From positions 62,001 to 126,000 of the forward strand of contig NIVC01002258.1 in assembly GCA_002269645.1 (NCBI GenBank): DNA of 64,000 nt, written 5' to 3'. The position numbers were made by a program, and so were the translations under genes. Shown in pieces: positions 1 to 33,789 of this stretch; the first letter of the stretch is position 1, and the number at the start of each line of letters is the position of its first letter. Below the pieces are notes generated by a model. That model made no database searches, had not been told where the DNA came from, and saw only the letters and a program-made list of their open reading frames with translations. The stretch is from Macrostomum lignano. Its lineage: Eukaryota.

Positions 1-404
1 TAGTGCATGCATTTTACTGGGTGCGTTTCTGTTTGCCATCTGCTGCTTTGGGCTGAATAATTTTTTTATTAATAATAGTATTTAAACAGGATCAGCAGTT
101 GCCTTATTTGGAAGAATTCGGGCAATGGTAAATTGACAGCGCCAAAATAAAGTGAAGGGGCTTGGGAATGTGCTGGCGTGCATGGTAAAGCTGTCGTTAG
201 TTTTTAAATTGGAATTCAGAATTTATGAATTGTGGAAATGAATTTTTGGCAAGGTTCTTATCAGGGACTTCTAGAGATAGTGATGCTACTTTTAGGAGTC
301 CCTGGCTCTTATAAGCAGGTACAGGGAGTGGAGTGGACAATTTATAAAAAATGATAGACAGATACGAGGGGAGAGAGCAGAGAGGAGAGAAGAGAGGGAA
401 GTGA

Positions 405-1060
405 GAGGGGGGCTGAGAGGGAAAGTAGGAGTGGATGTGAGAGGGGAGGTAAGCGTGAAAATGAGAGGGGAGGTGAGGGTGGAGGTGTGATTGGAGGTGA
501 GAGTGGAGGTGAGAGTGGAGGTGAGAGTGGAGGTGAGAGTGGAGGTGAGAGTGGAGGTGAGAGTGGAGGTGAGAGGGGAGGTAAGCGTGAAAATGAGAGG
601 GGAGGTGAGAGTGGAGGTGAGAGTGGAGGTGAGAGTAAAGGTGAGAGTGAAGGTGAGAGTGAAGGTGAGAGTGAAGAAGAGAGTGAAGGTGAGAGTGAAG
701 AAGAGAGTGAAGGTGGGAGGGAGGTGAGAGTGGAGGTGAGAGTAAAGGTGAGAGTGAAGGGGAGAGTGAAGAAGAGAGTGAAGAAGAGAGTGAAGGTGAG
801 AGTGAAGAAGAGAGTGAAGGTGGGAGGGAGGTGAGAGTGGAGGTGAGAGTAAAGGTGAGAGTGAAGGGGAGAGTGAAGAAGAGAGTGAAGAAGAGAGTGA
901 AGGTGAGAGTGAAGAAGAGGGTGAAGGTGGGAGGGGGGTGAAAGTGAAGAAGAGAGTGAAGGTGAGAGTGGAGGTGAGAGGGAGGTGAGAGGGAGGTGAG
1001 AGGGGAGTAGAGAGTGAAGGTGAGATTGTAGGTAAGCGTGAAAGTGAGTGGGGAGCTCAG
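405..1060. repeat. Purine-rich 12-mer minisatellite (GGAGGTGAGAGT)n with variants
   Basis: Direct head-to-tail repeats visible; source of the GGES/VEVR pseudo-ORFs. Confidence 0.95.
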
Positions 1061-1640
1061 AGGTGAGAAATCAGACAGAAAGAGATAGCAGCGTGGAGAT
1101 AAGAAGAGATGAGATGAGTGGGGAGAATCATTAAACTTCACTATAAACTCTGTTTCGAAGATGTCCAAAAATAGACCACAGAACATAGTTTTAAAAAACC
1201 ACCTGAATGAAGGGTGGAGGCACAAAAATAATGGAGAAAATGAAGGCGAGTATTGAAACGGCACAACACAGGGAGAGAGCCTGACTCGCCTCAGTGCCAG
1301 CCTCCACTAAAGAATTCGGAGTTTCTAAGAGAATCGTGCCAACACCCCCCCTTGCAGTCTCCACCGCCACCCCGCCCCATCACAGTGCGACCACTGGCCA
1401 CCCGCCCAGTATTTTCAGCTCCAAAGCAATTTGCAGTTTGAGCAGCTTTCGCCAGAGGCCGGTGCGCAAGATCTTAAAAAAAGGCATTGTGCTTGGGGGG
1501 GGGCGGTTGAGGGGTACGCAAGCACGAGAGCACCGTAGTGAAAGGAGAGAGCAGCGAGACATTGTAGAAGACGGTTTGCTCAGTATCCAAGGCGACTTGC
1601 AGGGTGGGTTCTTCGAAAAAACCCCGATGGAATGAAGCGA

Positions 1641-1642
<2 letters not shown>

Positions 1643-1706
<64 letters not shown>
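1643..1706. repeat. (GA)n microsatellite
   Basis: Uninterrupted GA run. Confidence 0.98.
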
Positions 1707-1710
<4 letters not shown>

Positions 1711-1954
1711 GACGGCAGTGAGGGTTGAGTAAAATTGCGTCAGTAGCTTCTCTGAGTTCACCTTGCCGGCCCCCTTAAAGCGCTATGCAGCCTGAAGCCA
1801 AGTCCTGTGTCAAAATAAACACATTTAAGCCTCTGGTGTGCGCCGCATAAAAAGGGAGCATTCAAAGGCGCATTACTGCTGCGAGCAGAGCAAGTCGGGC
1901 TTGGTAAGCCAGAGACAAAGAGAGCCTGCTATTGGTTTCAAGGCGTGGCTTCTA

Positions 1955-13067
<11,113 letters not shown>

Positions 13068-13179
13068 GAAGCTAATTAATTATTTTTAATTATTTATTAC
13101 GCTCTTATTTGTCTGAGGCCGGGTGGGCATTCTAATCTAAAGTGCTATAATATTAACCAGTGAACAATGGAAGCTCCCT

Positions 13180-13410
13180 AATCTCTCTGCTATCTCTCTC
13201 ATCTCTCCGCTATTTCCCTTATCTCTCCGCTATCTCCCTTATCTCCCCTTATCTCTCCGCTGTCTCCCTTATCTCCCCTTATCTCTCCGCTGTCTCCCTT
13301 ATCTCCCCTTATCTCTCCGCTATCTCCCTTATCTCCCCTTATCTCTCCGCTATCTCCCTTATCTCCCTTTATCTCTACGCTATCTGCCTTATCTTTACGC
13401 CATCTATCTT
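13180..13410. repeat. Pyrimidine-rich ~30-mer array downstream of the gene 1 stop codon
   Basis: CTATCTCCCTTATCTCCCCTTATCTCTCCG units. Confidence 0.85.
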
Positions 13411-14164
13411 ATGACTAGCATTTCCAATCTCATCCTATCTTCACTATGGCATGGCTCTCGTCTCCAAATGTAGCTACTTTATGTTTCACAATAACTAGTA
13501 AAACAGTTTTGTTGTATAATAAATCTTCTCGTAAATAAAGTGTATAAGAAGAAACTTAGAGGTGCATGATTTTTCACTTACTGAATGAACTGTTAAGAGT
13601 CAACTGTTAGAACCCCTGTACTCTCGTATCAATGTTATTTCTCACCTTGATTGCTATATTTTCTGCTTGCAAATAAGTATTTAACAACTTGCTAATATTA
13701 ATTACTTCCAAGTTTCCGTGTCAATCGAATTGAAAAACCCAAGATTGATTTCTGAATTTCATATTTTTGCTTTATATTAGTACTCAGATATACGATATTT
13801 TTTAATATTTTGTCTTTTGCTTTAACACTTACGAGCGTATAACAGAGTCAGACGTACTAACTGATATCACACGGAACATAGTGGATTTTTTTACTTTGAT
13901 CCGTTACAAGAAGCCGATATTAACTGTAGGAATCGTCAAGATAATGTTTACCTGCGAACTCGCTTAATTATACAGTTAACCGGAGCAGCATCGTGAAATA
14001 CTTCCTAAATATGTTCTTTCTCGGAATTCGATAACGTGAACTAGACTAACTACTTATTAGTTAATCTAGCAGTAGTACGGCGTGTGCAGGAATGCTAAAG
14101 CAACTAAGCAGATAATACGTTTTGGTCATTTGAAACACCAGCACGTCAGATGAGACACCTGTGC

Positions 14165-14825
14165 TCTCTCATGACACCCCACTGACTCCCATGACACCCC
14201 ACTGTCTCCCATGACTTCTCACTGACTCTCATGACACCCCACTGACTCCCATGACACCCCACTGACTCCCATGACACCCCACTGACTCCCATGACACCCC
14301 ACTGACTCCCATGACACCCCACTGACTTCCATGACACCCCACTGACTCCCATGACACCCCACTGTCTCCCATGACTTCTCACTGACTCCCATGACACCCC
14401 ACTGTCTCCCATGACACCCCACTGACTCCCATGACACTCCACTGTCTCCCATGACACCCCACTGTCTCCCATGACACCCCACTGTCTCCCATGACACCCC
14501 ACTGACTCCCATGACACTCCACTGTCTCCCATGACACCCCAATGTCTCCCATGACACCCCACTGACTCCCATGACACTCCACTGTCTCCCATGACACCCC
14601 ACTGTCTCCCATGACACCCCACTGTCTCCCATGACACCCCACTGACTCCAATGACACCCGACTGACTCCCATGACACTCGACTGACTTCCATGACACCCC
14701 ACTTTCTCCCATGACACCCCACTGACTCCCATGACACCCGACTGACTCCCATGACACCCCACTTCTCCCATGACACCTGACTGACTCCTATGACACCCCA
14801 CTGACTTCCATGACACCCCACAGTC
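14165..14825. repeat. Intergenic 20-mer (CCATGACACCCCACTGACTC)n
   Basis: Tandem copies. Confidence 0.96.
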
Positions 14826-15254
14826 TCCAATTATCACGGTGTTACTGCAGTAAAGCACAGTTCTAAGCAGGATTCGAAGCACTTCAGCAGTAAAGCATAA
14901 AACCCAAGAACAATCTTCTTTAGACAGCAATATGAAGTACAAACACTTGACCTGTGTGAGACAGGCATCACCTGCTGCTGTCAGCTACAGCCGCCTGTTC
15001 GCAAAGTTTAGCGGACCTGTGCGCTCAAATACGCACCTGTCTAGGATTCGACTGATAGCTAGCTGGGAGCATAAAGCAGCTCGCATGAGCTCATTCTGTC
15101 TGATTCCCACGCAATTTTGTGCCGGTCAAATTTAGAACTGAGACGGTTCATGAGGTAGTAGCCTTTTTAACTCTTCAAGTCTGCGTCTGATAACAAATAC
15201 AGATTGGCTTTAATAAATTGAGCCACTTAATAGGGCTGCTTGAATGCTGCTAGG

Positions 15255-16298
15255 GGAGGGTGTGGCGAAGATTGAGTCCTAATTGAGGGTGTGGTGAAAA
15301 TTGAGTCCTAATTGAGGGTGTGGTAAAGATTGAGTCCTAATTGAGGGTGTGGCGAAGATTGAGTCCTAATTGAGGGTGTGGTGAAAATTGAGTCCTAGTT
15401 GAGGGTGTGGTAAAGATTGAGTCCTAATTGAGGGTGTGGCGAAGATTGAGTCCTAATTGAGGGTGTGGTAAAGATTGAGTCTTAATGGAGGGTGTGGTAA
15501 AGATTGAGTCCTAGTTGAGGGTGTGGTAAAGATTGAGTCCTAATTGAGGGTGTGGTAAAGATGGAGTCCTAATGGAGGTTGTGGCGAAGATTGAGTCCTA
15601 ATTGAGGGTGTGGTAAAGATTGTATCCTAATTGAGAGTGTGGTAAAGATTGAATCCTAATGGAGGGTGTGGTAAAGATTGAGTCCTAATGGAGGGTGTGG
15701 TAAAGATTGAGTCCTAATGGAGGGTGTGGTAAAGATTGAGTCCTAATGGAGGGTGTGGTAAAGATTGAGTCCTAATGGAGGGTGTGGTAAAGATTGAATC
15801 CTAATGGAGGGTGTGGTAAAGATTGAATCTTAATGGAGAGGGTGTGGACGAAGATGGAGTCCTAATCGAGGGTGTGGCAAAGAATGAGTCCTAATGGAGG
15901 GTGTGGCGAATATTGGGTCCTAATGGAGGGTGTAAAAGAAATCAGATTCTAATATAGGGTGTGGAGGGGATCATTCCTAATAGAGGGTGTAAAGTGAGGA
16001 CTGGGCCATCACGGAGGGTGTAAAGTGAGGACTGGGCCCTCACGGAGGGTGTAAAGTGAGGACTGGGCCCTCATGGAGGGTGTAAAGTGAGGACTGGGCC
16101 CTCACGAAGGGTGTAAAGTGAGGACTGGGCCCTCATGGAGGGTGTAAAGTGAGGACTGGGTCCTCATGGAGGGTGTACAGTGAGGACTGGGCCCTCACGG
16201 AGGGTGTACAGTGAGGACTGGGCCCTCACGGAGGGTGTACAGTGAGGACTGGGCCCTCACGGAGGGTGTACAGTGAGGACTGGGCCCTCACGGAGGGT
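15255..16298. repeat. Intergenic ~31-mer (GAGGGTGTGGTAAAGATTGAGTCCTAATT) grading into a 30-mer (GGAGGGTGTAAAGTGAGGACTGGGCCCTCA)
   Basis: Two related arrays sharing the GAGGGTGT core. Confidence 0.95.
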
Positions 16299-16704
16299 GC
16301 TCCATGCCATTCGCCATCCAGGCAAGCAAAGCTGCCTTCAGGACAATCAAGAGCCGGGGCCCCGACAGAGGTTATGGCAGGTCAAGGGCGGGGTCCCAGC
16401 TCAGACCCTCGGCAGTGGCAGCTGTCACCCAACCCGCCCTTCCTGAAGCAGTTGGCGCAGCTACACGTGTCAGGTGCAAAACTTAATGGCAGTTGGGGAG
16501 GACGAACGGTCGCAAACCAGCTGCTCATTTTATGCAAGCATTTGAGCAGCTAGCGCAACAGCTGTTGCTAGGCCTGTGTGCTTCTGTCAGAGAAGCGAGT
16601 TGCCAGATAGCTCGTGGGACGTATAGCTTGGAACTATTCGGGCCATGGAGCACTGGAAATATGCAATCCAGGTTGCTGAGCACTCACTCACTCATTGATT
16701 TCTA

Positions 16705-17490
16705 ATCTCTCCCCTGCCACTCTCTCTTCTCTCCCCTGCCACTCTCTCTTCTCTCCCCTGCCATTCTCTCTTCTCTCCCCTGAAACTCTCTCTTCTCTCC
16801 CCTGCCACTCTCTCTTCTCTCCCCTGCCACTCTCTCTTCTCTCCCCTGCCACTCTCTCTTCTCTCCCTCTGCCACTCTCTTTTCTCTCCCCTGTTACTCT
16901 CTTTTCTCTCCCCTGCCACTCTCTCTTCTCTCCCCTGCCACTCTCTCTTCTCTCCCATGTCACTCTCTCTTCTCTCCCATGTCACTCTCTCTTCTCTCCC
17001 ATGTCACTCTCTCTTCTCTCCCCTGCCACTCTCTCTTCTCTCCCCTGCCATTCTCTCTTCTCTCCCCTGCCACTCTCTCTTGTCGCACCCTGTCACTCTC
17101 TCTTCTCTCCCCTGCCATTCTCTCTTCTCTCCCCTGCCACTCTCTCTTCTCTCCCCTGCCACTCTCTCTTGTCGCACCCTGTCACTCTCTCTTCTCTCCC
17201 CTGCCACTCTCTCTTCTCTCCCCTGCCACTCTCTCTTCTCTTCCCTGCCATTCTCTCTTCTCTCCCCTGCCACTCTCTCTTCTCTCCCCTGCCATTCTCT
17301 CTTCTCTCCCCAGCCACTCTTTCTTCTCTCCCCTGCCACTCTCTCTTCTCTCCCCTGCCATTCTCTCTTCTCTCCCCAGCCACTCTCTCTTCTCTCCCCT
17401 GCCATTCTCTCTTCTCTCCCCAGCCGCTCTAACCTCTCTATTTTATCCTTTGTCACTTTCTTCTCTCTCTTCTCTCCCGTGTCACTCTCT
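16705..17490. repeat. 22-mer (CTGCCACTCTCTCTTCTCTCCC)n
   Basis: Tandem copies. Confidence 0.95.
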
Positions 17491-17633
17491 CTCTATCGCT
17501 CAATTAAAACTGCCCAGAAACCGCTCTAGTTAATTTCCACTCCACATGGTTAATCCAAGAGCTCCATGGTTCGAGTCAAAAAGTGCAGCTGCGTTTTATT
17601 CAATCCCTGAGCCGCATTTTTCACTTGGAGAAT

Positions 17634-17647
17634 TCCGGCCAATCAGG
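17634..17647 (+). promoter_or_regulatory. Candidate NF-Y CCAAT box upstream of the MTG/nervy gene
   Basis: CCGGCCAATCAGG matches the RRCCAATSR consensus ~190 nt before the putative first coding exon. Motif match only. Confidence 0.3.
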
Positions 17648-17832
17648 ACGCAGGAGAGAACGGAGAGAGCAGAGCAAAAACAGTCAAATTAAGAACTGAC
17701 GAACCCACTTGGTTAGTTGCAACTCCTGGACTGTCTTCACTCCTCTTTCAGCAGAAGCTGAAAAATACATTCATTCATTTAAGTCATCTAAGCTGCTGGC
17801 GCTTACAGACTGACTGGCTTGTTCTGCTAGAC

Positions 17833-28047
<10,215 letters not shown>

Positions 28048-28289
28048 GCTCCCGAGCCCGCAAAACTTCGGGTTTATTCGCCCTAGCGGAAGATTCGATG
28101 CTTCTGCAAAAGCAAAGTCGATCAAGTTTTTTTGCCGTGTCGTTGCTTGTCCTTTTCAAGTGTTGCACTTTTCAGCTAACTGCTCCGCACCGTCAGAAAC
28201 TCAAATACGAGTACGTTGTACAAATACTTCACTAAGAAAGGAAAAATTAAAAGTACAACAGTCTCAGCCAACTTGCGACCAACCCCACT

Positions 28290-28840
28290 CCACTACCCAC
28301 TTCGAAACTACCCACCACCTCCCTCCCCAACACCTCAACCGCCTCACTCCCACCACCTGACTCCCATTCTAACCACCTCACTGCCCACCACCTCATTCCC
28401 CACCATCTCCCCACCACCTCATTCCCACCACCTCACTCCCACCACTTCATTCCCACCATCTCCCCACCACCTCACTCCCACCACCTCACTCCCACCACTT
28501 CATTCCCCACCATCTCCCCACCACCTCATTCCCACCACCTCACTGCCCACCACTTCATTCCCCACCTCACTCCCCACCACCTCACTCCCCACTACCTCAC
28601 ACTCCCCTACCAACTCACTACCCATCACCTCACTCCCACCACCTCACTCCCCTACTTCACTCCCACCACCTCACTCCCACTACCTCACTCCCGTACCCAC
28701 TCACTCCCCTACCCACTCACTCCCACCACCTCACTCCCCTACTTCACTCCCACCACCTCACTCCCACTACCTCACTCCCGTACCCACTCACTCCCCTACC
28801 CACTCACCCCCACCACCTCACTCCCCACCACCTCACCCCA
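28290..28840. repeat. C-rich degenerate array (CCACCTCACTCC-like)
   Basis: Lies between the convergent 3' ends of the MTG and OST-alpha genes. Confidence 0.88.
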
Positions 28841-29378
28841 AAGGCACCTGTTTTCTACAATTCACAAACAAAATTTCAAGAATAGACTGACCAAACCCCA
28901 TATTTTTTCAGACTTAGACAGTCATGTAAAATTTAATCTTTAGAGACTTACTCGTAATTCAGAAAATTTATTCTTACACTAAAAATAGACAGGTGCAACA
29001 AATTTACTGCCTAGCACAGTCGCGTCATTAACTAGTACACTGTGTCCTACTCTAAGCAGCATACGAGGGTCTCTATTTTTTATTGGTTTAATTTAATTTA
29101 ACTTTCAAAAGTGCATCGCATTGGTGCAGCAATCCAATGAAAAAGACGAAATTTTCGCGCGTCAAAATAAAATACGCTTCAATGCTACTTTAAGTAGTAA
29201 GAGCATTGGGTATGAAATGGACAATTAAATAAAAAAATGACGTTTTATTTCAGGATCAAATACGATAAGACGACAGAAATAATAAGTTTGAGCGTCATAA
29301 AACTATTTAGATAGATAAAATAAGATAGAATCAACCATCTCCAGTAGCAGTCTGCAGTGAGTCTCCCACTAAGCTAAA

Positions 29379-32300
29379 TCACTGCCCGAACAGCACAGAG
29401 GTCTGCGAGCCCGTTCGGGGGAATGAGTCAGATTCGCCGATCAACGCATACTCTGACATCGGTCGGTCGTCCCGGCTGTACACTCGACGCGCCAGCAGAA
29501 ACAGACAGGCCATTTCGGGGGCCAAGCAGGCAGCATTGATCCCTGAGCAGGGTTTGGGGTTTGAGTTTGACCAATTTACTTAGCACCAACGCCATCAAAA
29601 CTGACTCACCTAACCCCATTCCTCACCCACCCCACTCCTCACCCACCCCACTCCTCACCCACCCCACTCCTCACCCACCCCACTCCTCACCCACCCCACT
29701 CCTCACCCACCCCACTCCTCACCCACCCCATTCCTCAACCACCCCATTCCTCACCCACCCCATTCCTCAACCACCCCATTCCTCATCCACCCCATTCCTC
29801 ACCCACCCCACTCCTCACCCACCCCACTCCTCACCCACTCACTCCTCACCCACCCCATTCCTCAACCACCCCATTCCTCACCCACCCCATTCCTCACCCA
29901 CCCACTCCTCACCCACCCCACTCCTCACCCACCCCACTCCTCACCCACCCCATTTCTCACCCACCCCATTCCTCACCCATAACAGACTACTCACAGGCAG
30001 CTTTAGACGCGCTAGACCACAGCTGATCACAGTTAATAACACTAAAAGCGCCAAGAATATTAAACACCAGAATCTGGATGTGGCCAAACAGAATGGCCAG
30101 CTTCATCAGGCCGAACTTGGCGGTGATGCTCTGACCCGACAGCGGGCCGCGGGACACTCGAAAGATGAGGATCAGGCCGTAGAAGGCCAGAGAAGTTGAA
30201 ATGGTTCTGACTAAAACAAACACCGATTCCATCTCTTTGGTGGCCACGGCCAACGACTGTAGGTTATAAATCATAGTTTTAAAAGTTAGTTTTCGATACA
30301 TATCGGACAAGTTACCCAGCTGACTATTTCGGCAGACTTTTTCAATTTTAGTATCACTTTATTAAGAAGCGTTTGAGGGGCACAGGGGCAATAATAATTT
30401 AAATAATAATAATAATAATTGATTACACCTTCCCTAGTAGGCAGATGTACAACCGTAAGCTGTTGTGCGTACGGCTGTTCAGTCCAAGGACTGGGGGGTC
30501 GCCACACCCTCAATTTACCCCAGCTACTGCTGGCACCCATTTTACAGCTGGCTGAACTGCAGCAATGCAGAGTTAAGTGTCTTGCTCAAGAACACAAACT
30601 TCCAGTGGTAATCGGGAATCGAACCCCTGACCTTCGAGTCGTGAATCCGACGCTCTAACCACTAGGCTATAATTCCCTATCAAGGCAAGAAATTCCAAAG
30701 AATTTTTAACCATCTAGGGACCAAGGATTCAAACCCCTATTCAAGATGCTTAAAATGCTGTAGCGCTTTAACCATTACGTAACGGTCGCTAGATAAACTA
30801 ATGCATTCTGGACTATAATAAAGGCACAATTCAACACTCACAGCCGAATCGATGGCCACAACTGTGATGATGAAGCTGACCAGCGGTGGAGCAATCACAA
30901 ACTGCAGCAGCAGCAGATAGATTTTAATAATATTGGATCTGAAAAAAAATACCAGAGTATTCGCAATCAAGCTACTAACAGTAGGTTAAAAGCGAATGCT
31001 GTACCTGCTAGGCGCAACGTTTGGCAGGCATGGGCAGCAGCAGCAGGCCGGCGGACTCTGCAATGGGAATTTTATCCCATTGGTCTGCAGGTATTCCAGC
31101 ATCTGCTTGCGGCCGCCAAAGTAGAACTGGGTGATGTGCATGAACTTCAGGCAGCAGATGGAAAAGTAACTGCGGGACAGTGGAATTCTTGAATTCTGCG
31201 GGACAGTGGGGGTCTTGAAAATCAGGATTTTCCCGCAGGATTGCTGCGAAAACACTCACATTGTGTTGACAAAGTCGACCAGGATTGCAGCTCGCGGAAC
31301 GCACAGATTGATGACTGACGTGACGCAGAAGAACTGCAAGATTTTTGTTGCGGCAATCAAATGATTACTGATCAATTAGGAAATAAAAAAATATCTACTC
31401 ATCCCTCAGATGCTCATCTACTCATCCCTCAGATGCTCATCTACTTATCCCTCAGATGCTCATCCACTCATCCCTCAGATGCTCATCCACTCATCCCTCA
31501 GATGCTCATCCACTCATCCCTCAGATGCTCATCTACTTATCCCTCAGATGCTCATCCACTCATCCCTCAGATGCTCATCCACTCATCCCTCAGATGCTCA
31601 TCTACTCATCCCTCAGATGCTCATCTACTCATCCCTCAGATGCTCATCCACTCATCCCTCAGATGCTCATCTACTCATCCCTCAGATGCTCATCCACTCA
31701 TCCCTCAGATGCTCATCTACTCATCCCTCAGATGCTCATCTACTCATCCCTCAGATGCTCATCTACTCATCCCTCAGATGCTCATCTACTCATCCCTCAG
31801 ATGCTCATCTACTCATCCCTCAGATGCTCATCCACTCATCCCTCAGATGCTCATCTACTTAATCCTCACTCACTGGATAGATGCCCAGCAGCCAGAAGAC
31901 CCTGATGGCCTGCTGCCGGTCCCGATAATTAGCCAGCAGCTGCATCACGTCGAACAGGTACAGCAGGCAGGTGGCGGCGGTGCACAGCGAGGCCACGGTG
32001 AGTGCGGCAATGGTGTCACCTGCTCCAGCTGTACGTTGGCAGTGAGGAAATTCCACTTGGCTACTTGAGAGTTTCTCATGGGATTTGGAATGATGCTGGG
32101 ACTTAAATGGTTCTAGTAGGAGTGGCCTGTCACTCTCTCACTCATTCATGGAGTGGCCTGTCACTCTCTCACTGATTCATGGAGTGGCCTGTCACTCTCT
32201 CACTGATTCATGGAGTGGCCTGTCACTTTCTCACTGATTCATGGAGTGGCCTGTCACTCTCTCACTCATTCATGGAGTGGCCTGTCACTTTCTCACCGAT

Positions 32301-32765
32301 TCATGGAGTGGCCTGTCACTCTCTCACTCATTCATGGAGTGGCCTGTCACTCTCTCACTCATTCATGGAGTGGCCTGTCACTCTCTCACTCATTCATGGA
32401 GTGGCCTGTCACTTTCTCACCGATTCATGGAGTGGCCTGTCACTCTCTCACTCATTCATGGAGTGGCCTGTCACTCTCTCACTCATTCATGGAGTGGCCT
32501 GTCACTCTCTCACTCATTCATGGAGTGGCCTGTCACTCTCTCACTCATTCATGGAGTGGCCTGTCACTCTCTCACTCATTCATGGAGTGGCCTGTCACTC
32601 TCTCACTCATTCATGGAGTGGCCTGTCACTTAACTCATCGACTGTAATAGTAATTAAAGAAGAAATATCAGAATAAAAGGAGAATAAAAACGGCTTACCT
32701 TGAAACACCTCAGACGAACTGGGGCCAGAGAAGCTGCAGTTGCTATTTGTGGGCTCTAAGGACAT
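29379..32765 (-). CDS. SLC51A: Organic solute transporter alpha-like protein (SLC51A; Solute_trans_a family), ~327 aa
   Basis: 7 phase-compatible exons: 32765-32699, 32028-31874, 31333-31260, 31169-31005, 30938-30842, 30256-29995, 29542-29379. Motifs FWLLGIYP, CVPRA, YFGG, the PPACCCCPCLP cysteine cluster characteristic of OST-alpha, and C-terminal EM-x-x-x-x-LLARRVY. Confidence 0.88.
29615..29980. repeat. 16-mer (CACCCCACTCCTCACC)n; GGTGAG-rich on the sense (-) strand
   Basis: Last intron of OST-alpha. Confidence 0.93.
30397..30677 (-). mobile_element. Full-length tRNA-derived SINE with conserved central domain and (ATT)n tail
   Basis: Reverse complement: A box TAGCCTAGTGG, B box GGTTCGATTCC, central GTTCTTGAGCAAGACACTTAAC...CAGCTGTAAAATGGGT (resembles CORE/V/Deu-type SINE domains), poly(ATT) tail. 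Lies in an OST-alpha intron, sense orientation. Confidence 0.88.
31394..31862. repeat. 23-mer (CTCATCCCTCAGATGCTCATC[TC]A)n
   Basis: OST-alpha intron. Confidence 0.96.
32118..32630. repeat. 31-mer (GGAGTGGCCTGTCACTCTCTCACTCATTCAT)n
   Basis: OST-alpha first intron. Confidence 0.96.
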
Positions 32766-33256
32766 TATTTTAGCACTCTAAACAGATTTATGTATTCCAA
32801 TTTTGCTTTATTGTTGTTAAAATAAAATAATTGTTAGCAAAACACAGACCAGAAGGCACTTAGTGTATGCCACTATTACACTGGCAATGGGTAATTTCTA
32901 ACTTGGGTGAGAAGAGATAACGGATTCTCTTTCCTCGGTCTTTCACTCGCCGATTCACTGCAGGTGTTTTTATCATGGTACCCATTGTACAAGTTTGTAC
33001 ACCATGATCGTATCGCTGTGCGGCTGGTCAAATCTTCGATGTACAAATTTCAGAAACTCGCAAGAAACTTGGACTGTACCTTAACCTTAGCACGATATGC
33101 ACAGAATAATGGCTTAAGGCTTCAGTGTGTTTAAATTTATGATAGCGTAGAAGTTTCCAGTGTAATTAAAGACATGAAGTTACTGACTGCCATGTCTATG
33201 GCCAAAGCAATAAGTTTTGCTTGAAAGCATTGAACGAAAATTATTTGTAGTATTTA

Positions 33257-33513
33257 ATGAAGCTAATGGGCTACTGCTGATGATCTGTGAAGCTAATGGG
33301 CTACTGCTGATGATCTGTGAAGCTAATGGGCTACTGCTGATGATCTGTGAAGCTAATGGGCTACTGCTGATGATCTGTGAAGCTAATGGGCTACTGCTGA
33401 TGATCTGTGAAGCTAATGGGCTACTGCTGATGATCTGTGAAGCTAATGGGCTACTGCTGATGATCTGTGAAGCTAATGGGCTACTGCTGATGATCTGTGA
33501 AGCTAATGGGCTG
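33257..33513. repeat. 30-mer (TGAAGCTAATGGGCTACTGCTGATGATCTG)n
   Basis: Near-perfect intergenic array between the RAD51C 3' end and the OST-alpha 5' end. Confidence 0.96.
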
Positions 33514-33789
33514 TATAAAAATATTGTGCTTGCTGCAAATTTTGACTAAAATAACCAACTCTGATTCTAGACAAATGTTTTTGCGATAAAGGCAATAAAT
33601 TTTAACGAGGCTTCAAGAGTGAACTAACATTGCGTTTTTATTGCATTTTTGTTTAAATTGAAAAGCGCAGAACGAAAAAACAGAAAAACAAAAAAAGAAA
33701 AATGCTGAAAACGTTCAAATTTCTTCAATTGAAGAAATATGTGAAAAGCTGCTTTTAAAAAGTTGTAGTAATTTGCAGCTCCTTCACTC

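Noticed and set aside
197-1761. ORFs 197-1264(-), 1253-1441(+), 1294-1635(+), 1474-1761(-)
   Set aside because: Largely repeat translation. The unique parts show no motif I recognise and I could not build a phase-consistent exon chain.
16242-16705. GC-rich unique stretch with three short ORFs upstream of the MTG gene
   Set aside because: No recognisable domain or consistent splice path to exon 17831. May be a 5' UTR exon or TE fragment but cannot be supported.
29060-29330. TACGAGGGT mariner-like terminus
   Set aside because: No matching inverted copy found nearby.
30600-30677. tRNA gene
   Set aside because: A and B boxes are present but the sequence continues into a SINE body and tail and lacks a proper acceptor stem; called as a SINE head.
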